Positions 12,405 to 25,795 of a stretch of 64,000 bases of DNA are shown one piece after another (the stretch's first letter is position 1; every line of letters begins with the position of its first letter). The stretch is from Lingula anatina (Eukaryota; Animalia; Brachiopoda). A model generated the notes under the pieces. That model made no database searches. It was not told the origin of the DNA and saw only the letters and a program-made list of their open reading frames with translations. The stretch covers positions 2,666,001 to 2,730,000 of the forward strand of contig CM120649.1 of assembly GCA_051362555.1 (NCBI GenBank). The letters are read 5' to 3'. The position numbers were made by a program, and so were the translations under genes.

Positions 12405-12760
12405 TGCGTATGTCGGCAATTCACAAAAAAACTTAATGCGGAGATATGTGGCCTTTATAAAGACTTATAGATACAGTCTGCAAATAGTAAAAATACTGTG
12501 AATGAATTTGGACGTCATATAATTAGTTACTTACGTCGCGTGCAATGTTTGCTGGCTTCATAAAGGACCTAATACTGAGTTTTGTGGCCTTTTAAATGAC
12601 GTTGTTAAAAAATACAACCCACGAGCACGAAAAACAGAAATCATTAGCTTAATTCGAGAAATAATTTTTGTGACCAGATTCTTGTTAATGACTCTTTCTT
12701 GTTAATGAGATGCACCACCATCACCACCACCACGTGGATGTATCAGAAGGTGACTCGTTA
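12405..12760 (+). pseudogene. Orphan GT31 3'-end and flank fragment (duplicate at ~21765-22120)
   Basis: GGCAATTCACAAAAAAACTTAATGCGGAGATATGTGGCCTTTATAAAGAC... is a degenerate AIHKKPNAEIC end, followed by the duplicated tail and the minisatellite seed. Confidence 0.75.
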
Positions 12761-14846
12761 AGTAGTACCGTAACAAAAAAATAAAATAAAATAAAATAAA
12801 ATAAATAAATAAATAGATAAAACAAAAAACGTTAACTAGGGAAATGTTTGAGCCTAGTATTGGCCTCCTGTTGCAATCAGTACATTTAAACCATACAAAC
12901 GCCGTCGACTTGTGGTTCATCTATTGCTTATTGCTATTGGGGGGAGGGGGGAAATACCGCAGACACATCGCATAATGTTTTCAATGCAGATCAACGAAAG
13001 GTGTATAATTCGTGTATCACCGGGCACAGACGTAACACCCAGCTTGTTGCCTTCCTTTTTTGGCTCAATCTTGGGCGTATGTTATATACACATCAGATTC
13101 TTTTGTTCTCGACATACGTTTATATTTCACATTTACAATATTTTGCAACTGCACTTAAATTGGTATCACCCGGATACAACAAATAAGAAAGTAACCTATT
13201 ATGGAATACCTTTTTAAAATAAATCAATCAATCTTTGTTCAATGATTTTTTTTTTCAATACTGTGACAAGTATTTTAATGGTTAAATATCAAGCTAACAT
13301 GAAACTCCACATATATGATCATTACTAATGTAGAAAAGACTTTGGTTTCGTCTGTCCTAGTCCCACTATTGCACTTCTTTAAATCCTTAAAAAAAAGAAG
13401 GAAATTAGGCATAACTCTATCTCATTATTCTATCTTTTTATCTTCTGTCCACATAGGCAAGAACTTAATAGCACATTTTCATAATGATTCATGTAATGTA
13501 AGAATGTTAAGTATTTCTAGGGATGTAGCAGATAAGTGGATAGAGAGTTCCTTGTATTTTCATCTTCTGATATGAATTCTATCAGTCAACCAGATAGCTC
13601 AGAATATTACCTCTGTCACATAATGAGTTGGCCTAAAATTTGGTTTACGCTTTTGGATTACAATTTTGTACTGCTCAGACCTAAGATTAGTGAAAATGGA
13701 GGACTACTGAAAACCTTTAAAAGATGATTTAAATGGCCTGTTGCGTTAGTTGTGCGACAGCAGTATTTACAGCAGTCCACCTAACGCATCCAATGATGTG
13801 TAGGCGTACTGCTTCCCCCTTTTCCTTTTATTTTCCCAAATATGGCGGTTGATTTGTCTCACTGATATTAATTCAAATATGAAGAAGTCTTAAAAATTCT
13901 AAGTTGGCGTAAAGTAGATATTTTGTCTTTGACATTTAAGAGAATTTTAATAATTGTATCTTGCATGTGAGGATTTCAACCTAGTAGATATTTAGAAGAC
14001 TGTTCAGAAACGATCCACAAATGGTCGGGAAAATAATATTTGGCCTTAAATTTCAGTAATAAGGTTGTCAATGTACCGGTTATGTTTTTAGAATGTTGAG
14101 GAATGCAAACTGTCAAAATATGTAACTTAATGTATCGTCTGTTACTGTGAACAGGATTATTCCGACATAAACATAGTCTGGTGGGTAAAGGGTGAATTCC
14201 ATTTAATGGGCGAATTCCAATAAAGTGATTATTTTTTATTAAAGTAGAGTTATCATTTTATATTTATTTATTTATTCATTTATTTATTTATTTGAAAAAA
14301 ATTACTCCATAATAGATAACTTTCTTATTTGTTGTGTACGGGTGATATCAACTTTTATGCTTAAAAGCGCAGTTTCGAAAATATTTGTGAAAATGAAACC
14401 GAAGCAGATGTCAAGAACAAAAGACTCTGATTTGTATATAACAGATTGAGTCAAAAACGGTCGACCGACACACAGGGAGACGAGCTGTGTGACCTCCGGA
14501 CTCGGTGATACATGCATCAAACGCCTTTCGCTGATCAATACTGAAAACAACGTAACCTACGATATTTCACCCCACCCTCCCCTTCCCCCCAATATATGAT
14601 AAGCAATAGATAAACCACGAGTCCACGATGAGTGTATGTTTTAAATGCACCGATTCAAACAGGAGACCAATATCGAACGAACATGTTTCCAGATATACCT
14701 TTTATTGTTTTGTTGAAAGTTAAAGAAAATTCATAACCATCAGTCTTGATTACAATGAAACCGTGTTTTTAATTTATCTCTCTCTAATGATTATATGCCA
14801 CTACTGCTGTCTATAGTTTTACTTTACATCTTAGCATTGATTGGAT

Positions 14847-14879
<33 letters not shown>

Positions 14880-15057
14880 TTTTTTTGCGCTTTGGATACC
14901 TTTTTTTACAGTACCGCCATGTATGTCTATACACGTGACATAATACACCCTTATTTGTAAAGAAATTACATCCCCTTTTAAAGAAGGCTCATGCATGCGC
15001 TAGACCTAAACATTTACCTCGTTAACGTATATTTTGTTACAGTACTACTTAACGAAT

Positions 15058-16302
15058 CACCCTCTGATACATCCACGTACACCCTCTGATACATCCACGT
15101 ACACATTCTGATACATCCACGTACACCTTCTGATACATCCACGTACACCCATCCACGTACACCCTCTGATACATCCATGTACACCCTCTGATACATCCAC
15201 GTACACCTTCTGATACATCCACGTACACCCTCTGATACATCCACGTACACCCATCCACGTACACCCTCTGATACATCCACGTACACCCATCCACGTACAC
15301 CCTCTGATACATCCATGTACACCCTCTGATACATCCACGTACACCCATCCACGTACACCCTCTGATACATCCATGTACACCCTCTGATACATCCACGTAC
15401 ACCTTCTGATACATCCACGTACACCTTCTGATACATCCACGTACACCCATCCACGTACACCCTCTGATACATCCACGTACACCCTCTGATACATCCACGT
15501 ACACCCTCTGATACATCCACGTACACCCATCCACGTACACCCTCTGATACATCCATGTACACCCTCTGATACATCCACGTACACCTTCTGATACATCCAC
15601 GTACACCTTCTGATACATCCACGTACACCCATCCACGTACACCCTCTGATACATCCATGTACACCCTCTGATACATCCACGTACACCCTCTGATACATCC
15701 ACGTACACCCTCTGATACATCCACGTACACCCATCCACGTACACCCTCTGATACATCCATGTACACCCTCTGATACATCCACGTACACCTTCTGATACAT
15801 CCACGTACACCCATCCACGTACACCCTCTGATACATCCATGTACACCCTCTGATACATCCACGTACACCCTCTGATACATCCACGTACACCCTCTGATAC
15901 ATCCACGTACACCCATCCACGTACACCCTCTGATACATCCATGTACACCCTCTGATACATCCACGTACACCTTCTGATACATCCACGTACACCCATCCAC
16001 GTACACCCTCTGATACATCCATGTACACCCTCTGATACATCCACGTACACCTTCTGATACATCCACGTACACCTTCTGATACATCCACGTACACCTTCTG
16101 ATACATCCATGTACACCCTCTGATACATCCACGTACACCTTCTGATACATCCACGTACACCCATCCACGTACACCCTCTGATACATCCATGTACACCCTC
16201 TGATACATCCATGTACACCCTCTGATACATCCACGTACACCCTCTGATACATCCATGTACACCTTCTGATACATCCACGTAAACCCTCTGATACATCCAC
16301 GT
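15058..16302. repeat. Minisatellite, 22-bp unit ACACCYTCTGATACATCCAYGT interspersed with a 14-bp variant ACACCCATCCACGT
   Basis: Direct reading; no unique spacers. Confidence 0.97.
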
Positions 16303-16567
16303 GGTGGCGCTGATGGTGGTGTATGTACAGTTCATCTCATTAACAAGAAAGAGTCACTAACAAAAATCTGGTCACAAAAATTATTTCTCGAATTAAGCAA
16401 AATGGCGTTAATGATTACTGTGTTTTTCATGCTTGTGGCTTCTATTTTTAACTACGCCATTAAAGAGGCCACAAACCTCGGCATTAGATTCTTTATGAAC
16501 TGCCAGCAAATTTCCCACGCGACGTGGGTAACTGATGAAATAAACGTCCTGCTTCATTCTCAGTATT

Positions 16568-17557
16568 TTACTGTTTGCAGACTGTATCTACGTCTTTATA
16601 AAGGTCACAAATCTCCGCATTAGGTTTTTTGTGAATTGCCAACATATTTCGCACACGGCATAGGTCACTGAAGTTAAGACTCTCTGGTTCACTCATAAAA
16701 GCCGAATTATGTTCAAGTCTGACGTGATTTTCATGTGCCAGGACAGATAAAAAGACATCTTCTATGAAAAGGTGTTGCCATAACGACGCTGCGTGAAGAA
16801 GCTTGATGACGTCATAGGAAAGAAGTGATGCGAATCCAGACACGTAAGGCGGATATTTGCTGTCACTGAATTCCTCTCGGCTCTGGAAGTGCTTACTACG
16901 TGTATTGCGATCCACAGGGGCATTTACATATTTAAAACCAACGAATAGATTTCCAGACTTTTCTGCCGGACGTCTTGTCAGAAACCGTATGAGACCTCTA
17001 TAGTTAACAGAGACGTCATGTCCACTTTTTAGGACAAAACGCGTCTTAGGACAGTACTCTTCTACCCAACGAAGTGCGAGAATAGCTTTCAATGTATAGT
17101 TCTTGTACATGTCAACAAAATCGACTTTAATTAGATCTCCAAACTGCTCGCTTTCCTGTTCGATTTTTTCCTCTACATGTGGCAGTTTCGAGTTTCCTAC
17201 AAAGAAGACGGTTTTAATTGATTGCCCCATGTATTCCGGAACGCTTCCACAAGTTTTTCTAAACGTCAGTCTGGACTGGAAATCTCGAGGATCAGATATA
17301 ACTAAGACAATCAAAAATGGTTCCTCGTCCACGCTGCAAGGGGCACCAAAAATGTACGGATACTTTTTGATATGATACCACAGGTATGGTTTCTTCTGTA
17401 GCTTTCCCTCGCATACTGACGCTGGAACTAAACATTCGCTTTCCTTTTTGGGTGTGCAATTCTCGACCCCATCTTCTTTGTGGGTGGAAGTTATAAATAA
17501 AAGCAACATAGTTGCTTGAATTGTGAAGAAAACAAACATCAGTCTATCTCGTTTCAT
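16568..17557 (-). CDS. GT31-like protein, copy 4 (329 aa)
   Basis: Intact ORF; KSGHDVSVN, YPPYVSG, EDVFL. Confidence 0.9.
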   Translation of the reverse strand: MKRDRLMFVFFTIQATMLLLFITSTHKEDGVENCTPKKESECLVPASVCEGKLQKKPYLWYHIKKYPYIFGAPCSVDEEPFLIVLVISDPRDFQSRLTFRKTCGSVPEYMGQSIKTVFFVGNSKLPHVEEKIEQESEQFGDLIKVDFVDMYKNYTLKAILALRWVEEYCPKTRFVLKSGHDVSVNYRGLIRFLTRRPAEKSGNLFVGFKYVNAPVDRNTRSKHFQSREEFSDSKYPPYVSGFASLLSYDVIKLLHAASLWQHLFIEDVFLSVLAHENHVRLEHNSAFMSEPESLNFSDLCRVRNMLAIHKKPNAEICDLYKDVDTVCKQ

Positions 17558-18387
17558 TATTCTCCACTTGGTAATATAATCCTCGTCCTAAGCAGACAAA
17601 CGCTGTGAATTTATATGGCCAATGGCAAAGCACTAAAATAAGCAAAGTGCTTAAAAGGCGCATAGCTGGCAGGTAAGTCTGTATGCAAATTCCAATTCTA
17701 GTTGGATAATATTATGAATACTATCACTGGTTATGTATTATTTTTACGCCTGGCCAATAATGTTGTCACATGTCCAATTTAATGAATGCTTGTTGTTGTT
17801 TTGAAGTATCACAGGCGTAAACAGTTTTAAATCGTGCTTTTTTTAAATGATAAAAAATTTTGATTTAATAAAATGAAAAAATATAAAAATCAATAAAACA
17901 ACAACAACAACAGCAAAATTAATTAATTGATAGCATGATTTTAGGTGAAGAAAAGTAAAATACTGATTTTCTATCATTTCATCCATCCTATCATTTCCAT
18001 TGGCTAAAATGTCTATAAAATTGAAAAAAAAAAACTCCAAATGTCACCAAATTAATTAACAGCATAAGCTTGTGTTATTTTAAAGCCAATAGATACAGAT
18101 TAATGGATGAAGATATTTGATTCTACTCAAATCTCTTACTTCGTCCGTCCCACGGTCCTATTGTTTTCGCCGCTGTCTTCAGGGTCTCATTCCCTATTTC
18201 AATATAATGGCCTTCTCCTGCACCGACCCTGGTAGGCCTTGAAAGTGTTTTATGATGTGCTGGAGTTATTATTTCGTGTAATCAAAGTATTTAATTATAG
18301 GGAACTGCAGAAGAAAAATGTCCGAGGCGTTACTGTCAAAGCATTTAAAATAAGGTCATTTATTAAAAGGAAAAGAAAATGCGCATG

Positions 18388-18433
<46 letters not shown>

Positions 18434-18679
18434 GGGGTGGGAGGGGCGTAGGACCTGGAAGGGAACCTGACAATGTTGACAGATCTGTAAGAGTAATGTG
18501 TTGAAAAATGTAGCTGATAGTCTAGAATGTTATTTTATTATTATAATTATTATTATTATTATTATTATTTCAGACTTGGACTTTATATAGTCCCCTAGTA
18601 AAAAAAAAAGGCGTCAACTCCAGCGGGATGCGTGAAGTGAAACAGAAAATCATGCCTTGAACTTTTTTCACCTTTTAAA

Positions 18680-18711
<32 letters not shown>

Positions 18712-19220
18712 GTTCGTCAGTTATCCAAATCCAAAGATGTGCCGTACATTCTCAATGAGGCTCTTATATGGAGATTTTGCACCTGTGTTTTACAGTTCGT
18801 ACGGCCCCCAGATTTTGTTGTAGCGGGTCGTGCGAGGTTGTGGAAGTTTAAGTATTGGTTAGTATGCAGGGACTGATCCAGGATTTAAAGGGGGGCTTTT
18901 CTTCACCTAAAATCATGCTATTTATTTATTTATTGTTGTTGTATTAATTTTTTGTATTTTATTTCTTTATTTGATTGTAATTTTGAATCATTTTTAGAAA
19001 GCCCGATTTTAAACTGTATACGGCTGTGATACTTCAAAACAACAAAAACAACAAATAACAACAGCACCAAAAACTCATTCATTCATAATATTATCCAGCC
19101 AGCCCTTCCAGCTATGCGACTTGTCATCGGCAGTATGCTTATATTAATGTTTCACCATTGATCATATAAATTTATAGCGTTTATCTGCTAGGACGAGGAT
19201 TATATAACCAAGTGGAAATT

Positions 19221-20207
19221 ATGAAACAAGATAGACTGATGTTTGCTTTTTTCACAATTCAAGCAACTTCGTTGCTTTTATTCATAACTTCCATCATCAA
19301 GGAGGATAGGGTCGAGAATTGCACACCCAAAAAGGAAAGCGAATGTTTGGTTCCAGAGTCAGTATGTGAGGAAAAACTACAGAAGAAACCATACCTGTGG
19401 TATCATATCAAAAAATATCCGTACATTTTTGGTGCCCCTTGCAGCGTGGACAAGGAACCGTTTTTGCTCGTCCTAGTTATATCTGATCCTCGAGATTTCC
19501 AGTCCAGACTGACGTTTAGAAAAACTTGTGGAAGTGTTTCGGAATTCTTGGGGCAATCGATTAGAACCGTCTTCTTTGTAGGAAATTCAAATTTGCCACA
19601 CGTGGGGGAAAAAATCGTAAAGGAAAGCGAGCAGTTTGGAGATCTAATTAAAGTGGATTTTGTTGATTCGTACAAGAATTATACATTGAAAGCTATTCTC
19701 GCCCTTCGCTGGGTAGCAGAGTATTGTCCTAGGACGCGTTTTGTCCTGAAATGTGGACATGACGTCACCGTTAACTATAGAGGCGTCATAAGGTATCTGA
19801 CAAGACATCCGGCAGAAAAATCTGGAAATCTATTTGTTGGTTTTAAATATGTAAATGCCCCTGTGGAACGCAGTCCACGTAGTAAGCACTTCCAGACCCT
19901 AGAGGAATTCAGTGACAGCAAATATCCGCCTTATGTGGCTGGATTCGCGTCACTTCTTTCGTATGACGTCATCAAACTACTTAACGCAGCGTCGTTATGG
20001 AAACACCTTTTCATGGAGGACGTCTTTTTATCTGTCCTGGCACATGAAAATGACGTAAGTCTTGAACTTAATTCGGCCTTTGTGAATGAACCAGGACGTC
20101 TTAACTTCAGTGATCTGTGCCGTGTGCGAAATATGTTGGCAATTCACAAAAAACCTAATACGGAGATTTGTGACCTTTATAAAAGCGTAGATAAACCCTG
20201 CTATTAA
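19221..20207 (+). CDS. GT31-like protein, copy 5 (328 aa from ATG 19221)
   Basis: Intact paralogue of copy 3; ATG aligned with the other copies (track start 19212 is GTG). Confidence 0.9.
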   Translation: MKQDRLMFAFFTIQATSLLLFITSIIKEDRVENCTPKKESECLVPESVCEEKLQKKPYLWYHIKKYPYIFGAPCSVDKEPFLLVLVISDPRDFQSRLTFRKTCGSVSEFLGQSIRTVFFVGNSNLPHVGEKIVKESEQFGDLIKVDFVDSYKNYTLKAILALRWVAEYCPRTRFVLKCGHDVTVNYRGVIRYLTRHPAEKSGNLFVGFKYVNAPVERSPRSKHFQTLEEFSDSKYPPYVAGFASLLSYDVIKLLNAASLWKHLFMEDVFLSVLAHENDVSLELNSAFVNEPGRLNFSDLCRVRNMLAIHKKPNTEICDLYKSVDKPCY

Positions 20208-20369
20208 AATACTCTGAATGCACCAGGACGTCATATATTCAGTTACCCCCGTCGTCTATTGTCTACATCAGTGTTATCGCCGTCGCTGGCGTCGCCGTGC
20301 ATGTGAATGTATAAGAGGTGGAATTTGTTGAGATGAACTGTACGATTTGAAACAGATGTGTGTGTCTTA

Positions 20370-20633
20370 GGGCGCATTCCCATAGATTTTAGATCGATCT
20401 ATCCCCGTGGGGAGTAATCTAGTGAGACTCCCCACGGGGATAGATCGATCTATCCCCGTGAGGAGTCTCACTAGATTACTGTCAGGTAATCCGGCTTAAA
20501 TGTCCGTCCCGCCTACTACAAGCTGTAAGGGGGTAATTAACTTTCGTTCCCGCTCGGCTGACAGCTATTTAGTGAAAACCCCCAGGGAGTTAGGTCGATC
20601 TAGTTGGATCGATCTAATCTCGGAGATGGGGTC
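20370..20633. mobile_element. MITE (duplicate of 11003-11266)
   Basis: Near-identical at offset 9367. Confidence 0.65.
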
Positions 20634-20699
20634 TTAGGTAGACCAGTGATTATAATTAGCCTCTCACCAATCGGCCATAAAAGCATAAAATTCTTAACA

Positions 20700-21085
20700 A
20701 TTAAAAGATGAGATAAGAGATAAGATAAGAGTTTATTTAGCCAATTATAAAAACTGGAAACTATTTTCCTTATGGAGCAAGTTTGATAATATACAGAGTA
20801 AAAGTAATACAATAGATTAATGAAGAATACTTGAGATCAAATGTAACTGCGTTACTGCACTTGGATAAAAGCTGTTTAAAAGCGTTTGCTGCCTTTAAAA
20901 GTTAAGAGTCTACTATGGCTTGGTGAAAAAAGTAAAAATTGATGATGCAGGATGAGAAGAGGGTCTTTCATGGTGTTTACAGTTCTTTTCTCAATTCTGT
21001 CTTTAAAAATGTCATCCAGCTTGGGGAGATCATGCCTGATAAAGTTTAAGCAAATGTGTATCATTTACTTGTGTAACTATAAATT
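20700..21085 (-). mobile_element. Decayed Rex1/Babar-like LINE 3' end (duplicate of 11335-11720)
   Basis: Same RLLTFKGSKRF remnant and (TCTTA)n tail. Confidence 0.65.
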
Positions 21086-24000
21086 TTAGCTCAAACAACG
21101 AGGCACAAACAGGATTTATTACCGTTGCTTCGACATTAGTCTGGAATATTAACAAACATGTATAGCCATAAATGACGCGGGTGACAAATTAAGCCACTCA
21201 ACCAAGCATTCCAACTCGCCAGAGAAAGAAAACTCAAACTGTTTCTCCCCTCGACACCCTAACGGGTATAAGAAGGATGACAAAAGAAGAAAGAAGACAA
21301 ATTGGGTGTTTCTGGGAGGTCTGAGGTGCTCTATGGCAAACACTACTACTTATGATATTAACAATGTTTTTTAAATTTTTTATCATGTTCATATCCAGTC
21401 AACGCTTAGGTGTCAGGTAAAACTATATACAGCATTACTGGCATATAAACATAACAGAAAGATAAATCAAAGGTCGGGGTTATATGGTATGTAAACAAGA
21501 CTGGCGGTTATGTAATTTTTTTTAATTTTAACAAGACAATAAATGGTTTGTCTAGAATCATGTTCGATTAATACTGGTTTTCCCGTTTTCATCACTTAAA
21601 CTATACACTCATTGTCGACACGATGTTTTTTATTTTTGGTGGAGGGGTGAAAAACAGCAGACGGGTCACAAAATGTTTTCAATACAAGTCAGCGAATGGT
21701 GTATGATGCGTGATCCGGACGTCACACCCAGCTTGTTTCGGCCGACCTTTTCTGATTCAGTCTGTCGCGTATGTCGGCAATTCACAAAAAAACTTAATGC
21801 GGAGATATGTGGCCTTTATAAAGACTTATAGATACAGTCTGCAAATAGTAAAAATACTGTGAATGAATTTGGACGTCATATAATTAGTTACTTACGTCGC
21901 GTGCAATGTTTGCTGGCTTCATAAAGGACCTAATACTGAGTTTTGTGGCCTTTTAAATGACGTTGTTAAAAAATACAACCCACGAGCACGAAAAACAGAA
22001 ATCATTAGCTTAATTCGAGAAATAATTTTTGTGACCAGATTTTTGTTAATGACTCTTTCTTGTTAATGAGATGCACCACCATCACCACCACCACGTGGAT
22101 GTATCAGAAGGTGACTCGTTAAGTAGTACCGTAACAAAAAAATAAAATAAAATAAAATAAATAAATAAATAGATAAAACAAAAAACGTTAACTAGGGAAA
22201 TGTTTGAGCCTAGTATTGGCCTCCTGTTGCAATCAGTACATTTAAACCATACAAACGCCGTCGACTTGTGGTTCATCTATTGCTTATTGCTATTGGGGGG
22301 AGGGGGGAAATACCGCAGACACATCGCATAATGTTTTCAATGCAGATCAACGAAAGGTGTATAATTCGTGTATCACCGGGCACAGACGTAACACCCAGCT
22401 TGTTGCCTTCCTTTTATGGCTCAATCTTGGGCGTATGTTATATACACATCAGATTCTTTTGTTCTCGACATACGTTTATATTTCACATTTACAATATTTT
22501 GCAACTGCACTTAAATTGGTATCACCCGGATACAACAAATAAGAAAGTAACCTATTATGGAATACCTTTTTAAAATAAATCAATCAATCTTTGTTCAATG
22601 ATTTTTTTTTTCAATACTGTGACAAGTATTTTAATGGTTAAATATCAAGCTAACATGAAACTCCACATATATGATCATTACTAATGTAGAAAAGACTTTG
22701 GTTTCGTCTGTCCTAGTCCCACTATTGCACTTCTTTAAATCCTTAAAAAAAGAAGGAAATTAGGCATAACTCTATCTCATTATTCTATCTTTTTATCTTC
22801 TGTCCACATAGGCAAGAACTTAATAGCACATTTTCATAATGATTCATGTAATGTAAGAATATTAAGTATTTCTAGGGATGTAGCAGATTAGTGGATAGAG
22901 AGTTCCTTGTATTTTCATCTTCTGATATGAATTCTATCAGTCAACCAGATAGCTCAGAATATTACCTCTGTCACAAAATGAGTTGGCCTAAAATTTGGTT
23001 TACGCTTTTGGATTACAATTTTGTACTGCTCAGACCTAAGATTAGTGAAAATGGAGGACTACTGAAAACCTTTAAAAGATGATTTAAATGGCCTGTTGCG
23101 TTAGTTGTGCGACAGCAGTATTTACAGCAGTCCACCTAACGCATCCAATGATGTGTAGGCGTACTGCTACCCCCTTTTCCTTTTATTTTCCCAAATATGG
23201 CGGTTGATTTGTCTCACTGATATTAATTCAAATATGAAGAAGTCTTAAAAATTCTAAGTTGGCGTAAAGTAGATATTTTGTCTTTGACATTTAAGAGAAT
23301 TTTAATAATTGTATCTTGCATGTGAGGATTTCAACCTAGTAGATATTTAGAAGACTGTTCAGAAACGATCCACAAATGGTCGGGAAAATAATATTTGGCC
23401 TTAATTTTCAGTAATAAGGTTGTCAATGTACCGGTTATGTTTTTAGAATGTTGAGGAATGCAAACTGTCAAAATATGTAACTTAATGTATCGTCTGTTAC
23501 TGTGAACAGGATTATTCCGACATAAACATAGTCTGGTGGGTAAAGGGTGAATTCCATTTAATGGGCGAATTCCAATAAAGTGATTATTTTTTATTAAAGT
23601 AGAGTTATCATTTTATATTTATTTATTTATTCATTTATTTATTTATTTGAAAAAAATTACTCCATAATAGATAACTTTCTTATTTGTTGTGTACGGGTGA
23701 TATCAACTTTTATGTTTAAAAGCGCAGTTTCGAAAATATTTGTGAAAATGAAACCGAAGCAGATGTCAAGAACAAAAGACTCTGATTTGTATATAACAGA
23801 TTGAGTCAAAAACGGTCGACCGACACACAGGGAGACGAGCTGTGTGACCTCCGGACTCGGTGATACATGCATCAAACGCCTTTCGCTGATCAATACTGAA
23901 AACAACGTAACCTACGATATTTCACCCCACCCTCCCCTTCCCCCCAATATATGATAAGCAATAGATAAACCACGAGTCCACGATGAGTGTATGTTTTAAA

Positions 24001-24201
24001 TGCACCGATTCAAACAGGAGACCAATATCGAACGAACATGTTTCCAGATATACCTTTTATTGTTTTGTTGAAAGTTAAAGAAAATTCATAACCATCAGTC
24101 TTGATTACAATGAAACCGTGTTTTTAATTTATCTCTCTCTAATGATTATATGCCACTACTGCTGTCTATAGTTTTACCTGACATCTTAGCATTGATTGGA
24201 T

Positions 24202-24234
<33 letters not shown>

Positions 24235-24409
24235 TTTTGCGCTTTGGATACCTTTTTTTACAGTACCGCCATGTATGTCTATACACGTGACATAATACAC
24301 CCTTATTTGTAAAGAAATTACATCCCCTTTTAAAGAAGGCTCATGCATGCGCTAGACCTAAACATTTACCTCGTTAACGTATATTTTGTTACAGTACTAC
24401 TTAACGAAT

Positions 24410-25530
24410 CACCCTCTGATACATCCACGTACACCCTCTGATACATCCACGTACACCTTCTGATACATCCACGTACACCTTCTGATACATCCACGTACAC
24501 CTTCTGATACATCCACGTACACCCATCCACGTACACCCTCTGATACATCCATGTACACCCTCTGATACATCCACGTACACCTTCTGATACATCCACGTAC
24601 ACCCTCTGATACATCCACGTACACCCATCCACGTACACCCTCTGATACATCCACGTACACCCATCCACGTACACCCTCTGATACATCCATGTACACCCTC
24701 TGATACATCCACGTACACCCATCCACGTACACCCTCTGATACATCCATGTACACCCTCTGATACATCCACGTACACCTTCTGATACATCCACGTACACCC
24801 ATCCACGTACACCCTCTGATACATCCATGTACACCCTCTGATACATCCACGTACACCCTCTGATACATCCACGTACACCCATCCACGTACACCCTCTGAT
24901 ACATCCATGTACACCCTCTGATACATCCACGTACACCCTCTGATACATCCACGTACACCCATCCACGTACACCCTCTGATACATCCATGTACACCCTCTG
25001 ATACATCCACGTACACCTTCTGATACATCCACGTACACCTTCTGATACATCCACGTACACCCATCCACGTACACCCTCTGATACATCCATGTACACCCTC
25101 TGATACATCCACGTACACCCTCTGATACATCCACGTACACCCATCCACGTACACCCTCTGATACATCCATGTACACCCTCTGATACATCCACGTACACCT
25201 TCTGATACATCCACGTACACCTTCTGATACATACACGTACACCCATCCACGTACACCCTCTGATACATCCATGTACACCCTCTGATACATCCACGTACAC
25301 CTTCTGATACATCCACGTACACCTTCTGATACATCCACGTACACCCTCTGATACATCCATGTACACCCTCTGATACATCCACGTACACCTTCTGATACAT
25401 CCACGTACACCCATCCACGTACACCCTCTGATACATCCATGTACACCCTCTGATACATCCACGTACACCCTCTGATACATCCATGTACACCTTCTGATAC
25501 ATCCACGTAAACCCTCTGATACATCCACGT
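24410..25530. repeat. Second copy of the 22/14-bp minisatellite, 124 bp shorter
   Basis: Same units and flanks; offset drops from 9352 to 9228 across it. Confidence 0.97.
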
Positions 25531-25795
25531 GGTGGCGCTGATGGTGGTGTATGTACAGTTCATCTCATTAACAAGAAAGAGTCACTAACAAAAATCTGGT
25601 CACAAAAATTATTTCTCGAATTAAGCAAAATGGCGTTAATGATTACTGTGTTTTTCATGCTTGTGGCTTCTATTTTTAACTACGCCATTAAAGGGGCCAC
25701 AAACCTCGGCATTAGATTCTTTATGAACTTCCAGCAAATTTCCCACGCGACGTGGGTAACTGATGATATAAACGTCCTGCTTCATTCTCAGTATT

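Noticed and set aside
15014-16335. Three overlapping 405-428 aa minus-strand ORFs (and 375-384 aa at 24366-25563)
   Set aside because: The 22-bp unit has no stop in any minus-strand frame; all three frames give the same cycling peptide, an artefact of the minisatellite
19212-19220. ORF-track start for copy 5
   Set aside because: It is a GTG; paralogues start at the ATG equivalent to 19221
15058-25530. Minisatellites as CRISPR arrays
   Set aside because: No unique spacers, no cas genes, eukaryotic context
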